From contig NC_081365.1 in the NCBI RefSeq assembly GCF_030684315.1, forward strand, positions 18,912,062-18,976,061: a DNA stretch of 64,000 bases, given 5' to 3'. The notes under the pieces were generated by a model, which was not told where the DNA came from, ran no database searches, and saw only the letters and a program-made list of their open reading frames with translations. Within the stretch, counting starts at the first letter, position 1; each line of letters begins with the position of its first letter. Position numbers and translations under genes: made by a program. The stretch is from Stegostoma tigrinum. Taxonomy: Eukaryota. This document shows positions 1 to 12,558 of the stretch, piece by piece.

Positions 1-2904
1 AGGAATCATAGCGCCTCCCTCTTCATCAGTGTTTTGTGAAACTCCGCAAAACCTTTGTTTTCACATCCCTTGGGGATACCTATGTCAGTCCAATGGCATG
101 GCCCAGGAATGTGACCTGGGCTTTTGTGAACTCTGTCTTCGCCATGTTTATCACCAATCCTACCTCCCGAAATCAACTGAACAATTCTGATAGATGTTCC
201 AAATGTTCCTTCCACGTGACTAAAAATCACCGGATCTTTGATGCACACCTTACAATTGGGTAATCCCAAAATGACTCTGTTGGCTAGTCTTTGAAATGTG
301 GCAGGTACTTTTTTTATACCAAATGGCATGATATTAAACCAGTCCAGTCCATTCAATGTCACAAAATCCAAAATTTCCTTTACTCTTTTGGATAAAAGTA
401 CCTGCCAGTATCCTCTGAGTCATTCTAACTTTGAAACACAAGTTGTTTGTCCCACCTTCTCAATGCAGTCGTCTAAATATCGAATAGGATACAAATCAAA
501 TTTTTTAACTACATTGACTTTATGATGGTACCCAATTGTTGGGTACCATCTGGTTTTAGCATAGGGTGAGCTCCATTCGCTGCAACTCACTTAGATTATA
601 TTGTCTTTGAACAAGCGTGCAATCTCTTTTTGAACCTGTGCCAACTTTAGACAGTGAAGTCAAAAAGAACGTTACTTAATTGGAACAGCATTGCTCGTAT
701 CTGTATCATGCATAATCAAATTATACTTCCCAACTTATTCCACATATTTCCCCATGTGATTGTAATAATTAATTCAAGTCATCTCAATTTTTCTCTGGAA
801 AGTAACTCAATCATTTATTCCAAATTTTAAGAACTTTCTCATTGTCCAATTCAAATTGAGGAATGTCCAATTCAGAATCAACTGAACTTAGTTCTTCACC
901 CTGTTTTAACCAGTGCCTTTTTTTTTTTAAACGCAGTCCATGCCAAAACATTGTTTTTGTATTTTGGCCTTGGTTTTCTTCACTCCTAAATGATCTCCAA
1001 ATGGTAATTCATGTGCTACCCACAACACCTCCCTTATATAACCTACCAATAATAGAGGTTGATGAACTTCTGTTCTCATCTGCCTGAATGTGTGGTGATC
1101 TCCATTTCCTCATTAAGACTTCATTTTTAAGATTGTATTCCAGGATGTCACACTCTGATTCTTCTGTTTGTTTGTTAACTAAAAATATCCACTTTGTCCT
1201 CCACCTATTCTTGTTTTTGTTCAACCATTTTATCAAATATTGTTTCTGATAACTGAACTTGAACTTTCTTATCTTCATTCTCCTCCTGTTTCCAGCTACA
1301 GCTTTGTGACCTTGTTACCACAGAGTCAGGGAAACTCCCAGTATGTCCTTCCTGTAACATTTCAGTTGTCCAATCTTCTACTGGCTTTTCAACCACAATA
1401 GGCTTCACTCCCATCTGTGATCCAACTGCATCATTACCAAAGGCAAACTGCATTTCCGGAACTGAGAACATCTATATTAATCCTACCACCACGGGACTTT
1501 TCAGCAAACTCTCCAACCTTACTTACATCATGGAAAACAGTTCTTCTCATCACGAGTTCCACATATTATCACATTTTTTTTCTGGCAATACTCCTTCTGA
1601 GTTACATATCTCATCTCTCACTGAAGACCAACTTGCTCCCAGATCTCAAAACATCTTAACTTTCTTTTACTTTGCTTCTCCCCACTCGTGGGTTTTCTTT
1701 TTTACCCTGTGGTAAACCGTCTTCTGAGATCTCTTTTTCTCTCATCACCTGCAAATTTCTCTTTTCTCCAACTTCTAACTCTCACACATTACAATTCATG
1801 TCAGAAGCCAAACTTTGATTTATGAGCCAACTCAAACATCTGACATTTTTGCAGACGATCTTGCAGTCTTAACTCTGTGCTCTTCCAAGAGTTTTCACAA
1901 CATCAGGAACTCCTACACAACATTTGAACTCCTACAAAATAATCGTCTCTCTAAGAATGTCATCTGTTTGGTCTATGTTTAATGCCTTTATCCTTCAAAC
2001 TCAATGTACGTTTGACCAGGTTCCCTCCTTAGATTATTCAAACGTTGTCTGTTGGTTTCTGGTATTAGCTCATATACACTAAAACTAGTTTTTCTCCCCC
2101 CACTTCCTTGACTCCCCAGACACCTCTTCTGATTGCGCTGCAAATACCTCACCCACCAACATTTTTTTGATCAATAATACTCGCATTGTCACCAGCCATT
2201 TCATTTGTTTAGCCACTTTGTCAAAATAAATGAGAAAGGCTTCTGCATCCTTCTCAAACTCTGACAACACTTGGACATATTTAAATAGATCCACATTGGG
2301 CCTTTGCTATGTTTTGGATTGCTCTCCATCGCTATCACTACTTGTACACTTCAACGCCACCGCCACCATTTTAAATCGACTTCGAGTTTTTAGCTCCAAC
2401 CTCTGAAGTTCAAAATCTCTTTCCATCTCCCTTTCTTCAGCTAGGGTTTCCTTTTGTTTGCTTTTCATTCTGCCAGGATTAGTATTTCCTTTTCTGTTTT
2501 CCTCTGCTAGTGCTATTCTCTCTTTCTGCTTTCAATAATAGTTCAAACTGTTTCATTTCTTTCTCATGTTCAAGCCGCTTCATTTGCAATTGAATTTTAA
2601 CCATCTCCAATGATTCCGACAGCATTTCTGGCAATCATAAATGGCAAGCTATCGCTGCAATTACCTCTCCTTTTTGAGCAATCCCAACTCCAGCTTGTCT
2701 GCCAATTCCAAAAGCTTTATCCCACTCACTTTCTGCAAAACTCCTGAAATGACTTCCTCCACTCCATCAAACTCTTAACTACACAAGGTACACCTTACTA
2801 AACCAACCAAATGCAAACACAAAATAAACGCCAACACTTTTAGTCCAATAATCCTGAACCCTACCTGGAATTAAGGATTTTGATCCTGACAAGAGCTCCT
2901 AATT
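1..2904 (-). mobile_element. Degenerate Gmr1-like Gypsy LTR retrotransposon, internal region
   Basis: Minus-strand remnants in order: gag with SCAN-like YELIPETNRQRLNNLRREPGQTYIEF (~2060-1930), integrase zinc-binding AHELPFGDHLGVKKTKAKI (~1030-950), then RT RGYWQV/MPFG..PATFQRL (~700-200); degenerate tRNA-Pro-like PBS at ~2882-2902. Confidence 0.85.
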
Positions 2905-3433
2905 TGTTCTGGACCAGACCAAATCTCCTCAAAATATATTAACAAGGTAGCTCTAAAATAATAAAAAGTTAGGATCTAGGCTAAATGTAAGGCATTGCTT
3001 TCCAGATGCAATTTAATTGCTCAAACTATTCAACTTTAAGCAAAACACACTTTATAAAACTAATTAACTGTTCCAATACAATAACGTCCCATAAACACAC
3101 CCTTGGAAAAGATAAATTCAGTAAAACAAATGGTCTCACATGCAATTCTAGCAGGAGGAAAAGAACCCCAGCTTTTATTAATTTAATAAAATTAATTCAA
3201 AATGCATCTTCAAGACCCCAGCAACTGCAGAATGCTAAATGTTAAAACCCCGTTCTGTGGGAGCTTGACCCCACCCATTCAGGCTGTTTTAACTTTAAAT
3301 AAAACCCAAGACCTCACAAGAAGTTTAAGTTATTGGTTTTGAGCAGACAGCTCTACACATATCTGTCGCAGCCTTCCTTTGTTTGAAAAAAGGATAAAAT
3401 ATCCCTCTTTAAAGCCACAGTATCATCATCACA
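2905..3433 (-). mobile_element. 5' LTR of the Gypsy element
   Basis: TG...CA termini directly adjacent to the PBS; partner LTR lies outside the window. Confidence 0.65.
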
Positions 3434-3785
3434 CTGTACAATATAAAGTAACAAACTACATGTCACAGCATCAATATTTCTAGACATCAAGAATACATTC
3501 AAATTTGTTACTACCAGAAAATGACACCAGCTTTTGAATGGTTTGTTCAAGTTTTAGACTGTTACAGATCTCAAAGATAATCTCCTTTCATTTTTCTACT
3601 GTTTTCCTTCTATAGTTCATAATCATTTTTAAATCTCCTTGAAGTTTCATTAAGCCCCTTTCTTCAAAACTGGGCTACAAATCACTGTACAGTTATATTC
3701 TACACAACAATCAAATCTCAACTTCTGGTCATCTCTGTTATGTACATGAAAATCATTTGTAAATAAATTAGCACGTGACAACTTA

Positions 3786-3890
<105 letters not shown>

Positions 3891-5022
3891 TCATATAAAA
3901 CAAACACTCATATCAACATATACAGGATGAACCTCTTGAATATATAAGATTATAAATTTTAAAATAGCACTTGTTGAAAAGAATCTTACAAAATTTGGTG
4001 AATGAAAACCTTGGTAACTAGTTTATTTCGAAGTACAGTTAAATAATTCAAACATGTACAATAAAAACGTAAAATTTAAAAGAATCTCAGCAATAAATAT
4101 ATTTTTGCTCCTGGATAACTACGTACTGAACAAGTCAATGAATGACTTCACTGCACCGTTTAAAAATAGAGGTGACTGGCTTAATGGAGCAAATAGCCAC
4201 TTTAAATTAAAGCAACCAGTTCCTAATAATTCTTTTTAGTAAGACTCATTCGCTATTATACATGATAATTTCTCAACAAACTTATTTAAATCAAGTTTAT
4301 AGATTACTGAGGTCCTTAGAACTTAGCAAAGTATAACTTTGAAAATAATGGCTGAAATACATAACTTTATATCTCTATTCTAATTGAAACATTTCTAAAT
4401 TAATCATTTTTAAATCACATGGAAATCTAATTTCAAGTTTAACCATTGCTCTTTTGAGATTAAGCAACAAACTCGCATGCATGAAAAATACATGCTGTTT
4501 GGTTAAGAAACAGCAGAAACCAAGACAGAGATATTTTGAAGATAGTTAACAGATCTTAAATTTTAACTAATGAAAGAGAAATATAGTTTTGCTTGTGCTC
4601 TTCTCTCAAAATGAAAGCAGTATGGGTATTCACAGAGAGGTGGCAGCTATGGAGTATGCCTTGAAACTGCAGCAGAGCTTGACCACAAAGGTCGTGAATG
4701 GCAATTATTGTGATCAGATTCACTAATAGGACAAAGTTAAATTTAATTGTTCTACATATGACATTTCTTCTACTTTTTCTCCAAGTCTTAAAGAAGTTAT
4801 AACAATTTCAGTCAGTATTTAACAGAATTGTCAATATTTAGAACTTGGCATATGTTTAGAACAAAGACAGTTAGTATAATGGAAATTTTACGATGAGAAA
4901 CCAATAAAGCAGATGTATACATACATGTTAGTAATCCTTTAGAAGAGTTTCCAAAGTCAGGTTGTAAAACAGACCATATTAATATCATATTCATGAGATA
5001 ATAATCACAAGTAAATATTTAC

Positions 5023-5063
5023 CTATCACCATTGTTGGAGAACTGAATACTGTCTACTTTGTC
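5023..5063 (-). CDS. BRWD1: BRWD1 coding exon 12 (DKVDSIQFSNNGDR)
   Basis: ttcag| acceptor, AG|GTAAA donor, 41 nt. Confidence 0.95.
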
Positions 5064-6107
5064 CTGAAAAGGTGAAATTAAATATGAATGCAAAAAAATA
5101 CTAATACTGTATGCAAATTAATTGGTAAGATTATTTTAAAATATAGTGTTCATTGTTTAATATAATCACCATACACTGTGACACCCAAAAACAAGAGCCA
5201 ATAATGATTAAAAAATGCAAGATTAAAATAACAAAATATTTTATATGTCTGTCAATATCCGGCGCAAATCTGTTCACCCGTTTTCTAATCAGTCCTTAGT
5301 TGACTGGCTTTGCACCTCAAGGATTTCAGACTGCTTGAATGAACAATGGCTCAGAGGTAGCATTTACACTCAAGCCAGAACATTATGGGTTTCAACCACA
5401 CTGCAGACAACCCCTGGATAGCACAGGAAATAATTACAAAACCTCTGATTTACATCCAGCAAGGTACTAGCATTTCCCATCTTTATTTGCTCTTGCCAAC
5501 ATGTGACTCAAGCCATTTAACTACCAGCTGAAGAGGCCGAGGAAGACACTCAATTCAAAGGTACGCTCTGCCTACTTCATCACTGTTCTAGAATAAAGGA
5601 CAAAACACTAGGCTCTTTACATACAACTCCTTAATTACTCAACACACTATTAGCTGGCATATGCTTTAACATAACAAAAAGTCATAGCACATTATTTTTA
5701 AAAAGAAAAACTACAAAGTAATGGGATTTACAATAAAACCAGATTTATTACATGAGTTTAAATGTGAAACTGCATCTTCAACTTTAAATACCAAAGTTCT
5801 CTTCCTCCCCTTTTATAGGAACCGATTTGCTCTGCTCAGCGGATACTGAGATGAAACACTAAATGCTAACTCAAACGTCACAAAGAATAACTCATCTACT
5901 GAGACCATGAATATGCTGTAATCTAATTTAAGCAATGAAAGTGACGTATTTTATAAAATAACTATTTATACTTGTGTCCAAACATAATCTGAAACTCATC
6001 AGAATGATCATAGCTGATAAATGTATGAACAATCATTCTATTCTTAAACCCCTTTGCAAGTTGATTTGTATGCAAATGGCAACAACATACAGGATAATAT
6101 AAAAGGA

Positions 6108-6285
6108 ACAAAAACACAGTTGCTGGAAAAGCTCAGCAGGTCTGGCAGCATCTGTGAAGGAGAAAAAGAGTTAACATTTCAGGCCCGGTGACCGCACCTC
6201 AGAACTCAGACCTGCTGAGCTTTTCCGGCAACTTCGTTTTTGTTCCTGATTTGTCGTATCCTCAGTTCTTTCGGTTTTTATTTAC
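6108..6285. mobile_element. Miniature two-armed PLE (family B)
   Basis: Inverted arms, degenerate hammerhead on minus strand, TSD aatataaaagga at 6096-6107 and 6286-6297. Confidence 0.8.
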
Positions 6286-6689
6286 AATATAAAAGGAGTT
6301 GTTCTCAATTATAGGAAATGTCTGCATGCCAGATGTTTAAAATTATACCCCTCTACAGGATCACATTAGTAAGTGTGACTTTTTCAGACGTTCCTTGTGT
6401 AAATTTAAGGCTGAGATAGATCGATTCTCTTATTGGTCAAAAATCTAAGTTTACAGGCAAAGGCAGGAAAGTGAACACGAAGAATACCAGATCATCCATG
6501 ATCCTATTGAATAGTAGAGCAGACTGGAGGGGCTGAACAGCCTATTCCTAGGTTTTATGGTACATTGAGGACACTTGGTACTTTTTGAAATTAAATCCAA
6601 TATTTCTGAGTAGATTCTGAGTACTTACAAGCCAATTAGAGGTATCAATTTAAACACTAAAAGAAATTACTTAATCTAGACACACATGA

Positions 6690-9600
6690 TGTGTTGCAAT
6701 TGAAAAATATTATTTCCAACACCTGAGAGCCCAGACAAACAGGTCAAGAATGAATGCCTGCAAGGTATGTAGCTTTTGCTGAGTAAGAGAGCCGAAGGAC
6801 AAATTGTAGACACAGACACATTAGGGAGGGGAGGTTACTGGAGAATTTGATCAGAAGTCACACTCGTTAGAACAGGTCACTGGTCAGGCACAGGAGAGTA
6901 TGACTGCAAGTCAGGGGGTAAAGGGATCAATGAATGTAGAAGTGAAGAAATTATAAGAAACAGTTCTGAGATGCTTGCAATGTGCATTAACCGAAGTGTG
7001 GGTTGCAAGGTGAATGAATAAGCCAAACATACTACAATCCATTCAAGTGAGGGAGTCAATAGGAATGCAGTAGTAGTAGGGGGCAGTAGAATCAGGACAA
7101 ACAGTTCTCTGTAGCCAAGAGGAGCAATCTTGATGACTGTGTTGCCTACCCACTGCCTAGATTCAGGATTTGCACTGGAAGGGATGCAGTGGCCATCATC
7201 AGAATTGGTACAAATGACACATTAGGACTGGAGAAAAAGCTTCTGCTGACAGAGAAGAAACTAGAGGCTAAACTAAATGTGGAACATCAAGGGCAATAAT
7301 CTCTGGATAACTACCTAACTACCTGGTACAGAGTAATTAAGATTAGAGATTTACATGTTAGATCAAAGATTGTTGTGAGAACAATAAGGTTTGATTCTTG
7401 GGACACAGGCATCAGTACATTGAAAAGTGAGAGATATACTGTTCAGACAAGTTTCGCCTGAACCATGCTGGTACCAGTGTTTTGATGAGTTAGAAACTAG
7501 GGCAACGGAGAAGGTAGCAAACGAAATAGTGGGGATGAGGGATCAAGTGTGGGAATACTTTATAAATTAAAAAAAGACAAAAGAGCAAGGTAGCAATAAG
7601 GAGAGTTCTGATCAGAGCAGAGAATGACAATAATGGACACAATAGAAACTTAGGAGTACGTCAGCAGATAAGGCCAGAGACTGCAAAAACAAGAAAAATA
7701 GAGTTTAAGGTTCTGCATCTGAATATACCGAGCATCCACAACAAAACAGAAAAACTAACAGGCCAAATGGAAATAATATATATGATCTGATCATCACTGT
7801 GAAACATGGCTACAAGATTACAAAAACTGGGACCTGAATGTTTAAGGGTACATGACATTTCGGAAGTTCTTTATTTGGCCTGGCTCCGTAACACAGTTTG
7901 GGTCAAGACCGACTGCTCGAGGAGAAAGCAAAAATCAAGAACTATCTTCATGCTCAAACTTCAAAAGGAAGGCTATTATATATTCATACAAAATACTGTT
8001 ATACATGGTGATTATAACTACACTAAGCTCTAATCTTATAGTTACACAAGGTAAAGACAAAATATTATCTTCCTATGTTGATCTCCATGTGCTCTCTCAA
8101 TTTTTCTTGCTAGATTATTTTAACTCTGACCACACTTGGTTATTTATGTTCAGTGATGCGCAGTTCCATGATAGTGTCAATAGGCTGCTCCAGTCTCCTG
8201 GGGCTCTCACACAACAGTCAGGAAGCTAGGATAAGACACAAAGGCAGCTCTGGTCAATGAAGTGATAATGGGAACTGCAGATGCTGGAGAATCCAAGACA
8301 ATAAAATGTGAGGCTGGATGAACACAGCAGGCCCAGCAGCATCTCAGGAACACAAAAGCTGACGTTTCGGGCCTGGACCTCTCTGAGCCTCACATTTTAT
8401 TGTCTGGTCAATGAAGGTTGATATTAGTGCAACAGTGAGAGATAAGCTTAGTCCCAAAGATAAAGATAGGTTCTACCTAGGTAAAGGTAAGAAATTGAAG
8501 CTCGGAAGTAACTTGTAGTATTAGCTTGTGGACCCCTGAACAGCAATTACATGGTATGAAGGGCTGGACAAAGAACGGTACAGTGACAATTATGGATGCT
8601 TTAATCTACATATATATTAGATGAATATGATTTCTTGTGGGGGGATATGGGCATTGCTCACATGACAGCATTTATTGCCTAACCCTAATTACTCTCAAGT
8701 AGTTGATAGCAAGCTGCACTCTGGAACATCATTAGGCTTTTGATGTAGGGACACCCAAGGTGTTGTTGAAAAGGGAGTTCTGGTAATTTGGCCTGGTGAC
8801 AATGAAGGAACAGCAACATAATTCCAAGTCAGAATGGCATGAGAATGAGGCAAAATCTAATGCAGTGGTGTCCCCATGAATATGCTGCCCTTGACCTTAT
8901 AGGTGGTAGAAATCACAGGTTTGAAGGGTGCTGTTGAAAGAGCCTTGACAAATTACTGCAGGGCATCTCATCAATGTACATCAGTGGTAATATGAGTGAA
9001 TGTCAAAATGCTGGATGGCATGCCAAACAAGTGAACTGTCTCTTCTGTACCCTAGATGGTATCAACTCTCTGGAATGTTGTAGGAGCTGCACCCACCCAG
9101 CCAAGTGAGGCGCATTCTAACACACTTGCAATTTCTAGTTGACGGACAGGTGCTGGAAACTGAATGAGTTTAGCAAAGGTAGCCTGGAACATGAATTCAC
9201 AGAATGCATTCAGAACTGTATCTCAGAACACCACATGCTAGAACCAAACAGCAGGCTATTCCAGATTCAATTGTGCAACAAGACAGAATTATCTAATGGC
9301 TTCATAGTAAGGGCACCCCTAGGTAGTATTGGTAATAACATAATTAAATGCTGCATTTCATTTGTGTGAGAGAGCAGTGAACTAAGATGAGTGCTTTAAA
9401 GTTAAGTAGAAGCAAATATGAGCATAGGACAAGAACTGGCTAATGTAATCTGTCAATTTAGGTTAATGAAAAGGCTCAATAAAGATACAGTTACTGACAT
9501 TTAAGGTAATATTTCAACAAGTTTAATACTGATATGTTCCATTGAGGAATAAAGTTTCGGGAGAAAGCCACACTATCCATGACCCACTAAAACAGTTAAA

Positions 9601-11100
9601 GATTAATGGATTTGAAAGATAAAGCTTAAAATTTCATGAAAATTAGTGGCACATTAGAAAAATATAGTCTTTAGTCATTTTATTTTTAAATAAAGAAATT
9701 AGAATGAAAGAAAGCTAGCTAGACATATAATAACACAATAAAACAATTTTTTACATATAAAAATAGTTAGCAACTGTTGGTCCTATGCTGGGCAATGCAG
9801 GGAATTAATAATGTAAAGTGTTTTTAAAAAACAGAAACAAACAGATATTTTGTATCTGCCTTCACTGTAAAGGATACAGGTAATATACCAAAATTAACTT
9901 TTCAATTTGTCTTCCCCTTTCAACTACGACTACAGGGAAGAGCTATCAAGAAAAATAATGGAATTAAAAGCTGACAAGTCCACAGGTCCTGATGGACTTC
10001 ATCTTAAGATGTTAATAGAAGCGCCTGCTTAGATAGCAGTCACATTGGTTTTAATCTTACAAAATTCTCTCTGTTCTGCCAAGATGTTATCAGATTGGAA
10101 AGTGAATGTGACTCCACTATTCAAGAAAGAAGGGAGACATAAACCAAGAAATAAAAGCAGTCCTAGCTGTCGCAGGAAAAATGCTGAAACCTATTATTGT
10201 GGAGATTAGTGGGGCACTTAGTATTTAGCAATGCAATCAGACAGAGTCAACATGTTTTTATGACAGGGAAATCGTGCTTGACTAATTTAGTAGATTTGGT
10301 AAGATGCCACATCATAGGTTAACTACTAGAATAAGAGCTCGCGGAAGACGTCTATAAAGGGACACAGGTAAGTCAAAGAAGTGAACGAAAACTCAGTAGA
10401 TGAAGTATGATGCAGGGAATGTGAACTTATCCACTCGGAAGAAAAGATAAACACCTCATTATCTTCGCAGGTGAGGTATGAAGGAATCTGCAAGCCGGAC
10501 TCCATGAATCGTATAATTTATAAGCAAGTACGGCAAGTGATTAGGAAGGCAAGAAGAGCATTGTTGTTTATTGTAAGGAGAACAGAATATAAAAGCATGA
10601 CGTTTTGCCATTGTTGCACAAGGCAATGGTGAAGCCACATCTAGAAAGCTGTGCAGTTTTGAATTTCTTACGGAATAAAGTAATTTGCATGCTGCGACAA
10701 AGGGTTTAGTTGCTGAGGGAGGTTAGATAGTTTGGGCCTTTAATGATTAGAGTTTAGAACAAAAGGCGATCTAATTAAAATATAATTTGAGGAGCTGACA
10801 GTAGATGCTGAAATGATGCTTCCTGTCATGGGAAAGACTAGGCTAGGGAACATAGTTTAGAATCAATGGCATTTGCATTTAAGATTGAGATGAGGGGAAT
10901 TTATTTTTCTTTCAGAATCACAAATTTGTCTTCCCACTGCTGTCTGGGATCACAAGGTAGATCAAATCTTGGCTAAAAAAGAAGTCAAAGGTTATCAGAA
11001 ATAGGTAGCAAAATGAGTTAAGGCCATAATCAGTTCAGCCACAATATATCATATGGCTTGAACGGGCTTGAGATGCCAAATAGCCTACTCCTACTCTTCA
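6690..11100 (+). mobile_element. Degenerate near full-length CR1 LINE, interrupted by younger insertions
   Basis: ORF1 esterase remnants (IGTND-like ~7205, LNHAGT ~7460), ORF2 remnants (DKSTGPDGLH ~9975, GKSCLTNL ~10270) and CR1-type 3' end. Confidence 0.75.
8263..8402. mobile_element. Miniature two-armed PLE (family A)
   Basis: Tail-bearing minus arm plus short inverted arm; TSD tctggtcaatgaag at 8249-8262 and 8403-8416. Confidence 0.9.
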
Positions 11101-11146
11101 TTCATAGTCACACAAGTCTAATAAAACTAGTTTCAAGACTTTACTA

Positions 11147-11293
<147 letters not shown>

Positions 11294-11429
11294 TTATTCA
11301 GAAACAACGATTACCCACAATGACTAAATTAACAGCAAGGCATGTTTTTAAATATAATTGCTCCAGCTAGAATAATGTAAAAGTATTCCGATCTCTAAAC
11401 GGTGACAACAAAAATACTTAGCATCAAAA

Positions 11430-11620
11430 CCAGATAATACAGCATTGAACTAGAGGAACACAGCAGGCCAGGCAGTAGCAGAGGAGCAGGACAGTTGACA
11501 TTTCAGGTCGGGACCCTGCGACAGAAATTCTTCTGCCTAGCCTGCTGTGTTCCTCCAGTTTCACACTATATTATCTCTGACTCAAGCACTGGCAGTTCTT
11601 ACAATCTCTGACTGAGTTAA
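11430..11620. mobile_element. Miniature two-armed PLE (older family C)
   Basis: Imperfect inverted arms similar to family A end; flanking tagcatcaaaa at 11419-11429 and 11621-11631. Confidence 0.75.
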
Positions 11621-11840
11621 TAGCATCAAAATGAAATATCCTAAGACAACAACTGACAATGTGGCAGAGAAAACAACTAACAAAACTAAGAAACTAGTAT
11701 TAAGAGAACATTTAAAATTAAAACAAATTAACGATACACTCAATACAAGGGAATTTCAAGGCAATGCTTATCCTAAGATAATAAAATGTGAGGCTGGATG
11801 AACACAGCAGGCCAAGCAGCATCTCAGGAGCACAAAAGCT

Positions 11841-11868
11841 GACGTTTCGGGCCTAGACCCTTCATCAG
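11841..11868 (-). ncRNA. Minimal hammerhead ribozyme motif (family A)
   Basis: Exact reverse complement of 14814-14841. Confidence 0.8.
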
Positions 11869-12558
11869 AGAGGGGGATGGGGTGAGGGTTCTGGAATAAA
11901 TAGGGACAGAGGGGGAGGCGGACCGAAGATGGAGAGAAAAGAAGATAGGTGGAGAGAGTATAGGTGGGGACGTAGGGAGGGGATAGGTCAGTCCAGGGAA
12001 GACGGACAGGTCAAGGAGGTGGGATGAGGTTAGTAGGTAGATGGGGGTGCGGCTTGGGGTGGGAGGAAGGGTTGGGTGAGAGGAAGAACAGGTTAGGGAG
12101 GCAGAGACAGGTTGGATTGGTTTTGGGATGCAGTGGGTGGAGGGGAAGAGCTGGGCTGGTTGTGTGGTGCAGTGGGGGGAGGGGACGAACTGGGCTGGTT
12201 TAGGGATGCGGTGGGGGAAGGGGAGATTTTGAAACTGGTGAAGTCCACATTGATACCATTAGGCTGCAGGGTTCCCAGGCGGAATATGAGTTGCTGTTCC
12301 TGCAACCTTCGGGTGGCATCATTGTGGCACTGCAGGAGACCCATGATGGACATGTCATCTAAAGAATGGGAGGGGGAGTGGAAATGGTTTGCGACTGGGA
12401 GGTGCAGTTGTTTGTTGCGAACTGAGCGGAGGTGTTCTGCAAAGCGGTCCCCAAGCCTCCGCTTGGTTTCCCCAATGTAGGGGAAGCCACACCGGGTACA
12501 GTGGATGCAGTATACCACAATACCCTCCCTCGACCTCTTCATCTCCAACTGCCGTTGA

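Noticed and set aside
12030-12230. G-quadruplex-prone G-rich tract
   Set aside because: Intrinsic to every family A copy; no locus-specific evidence
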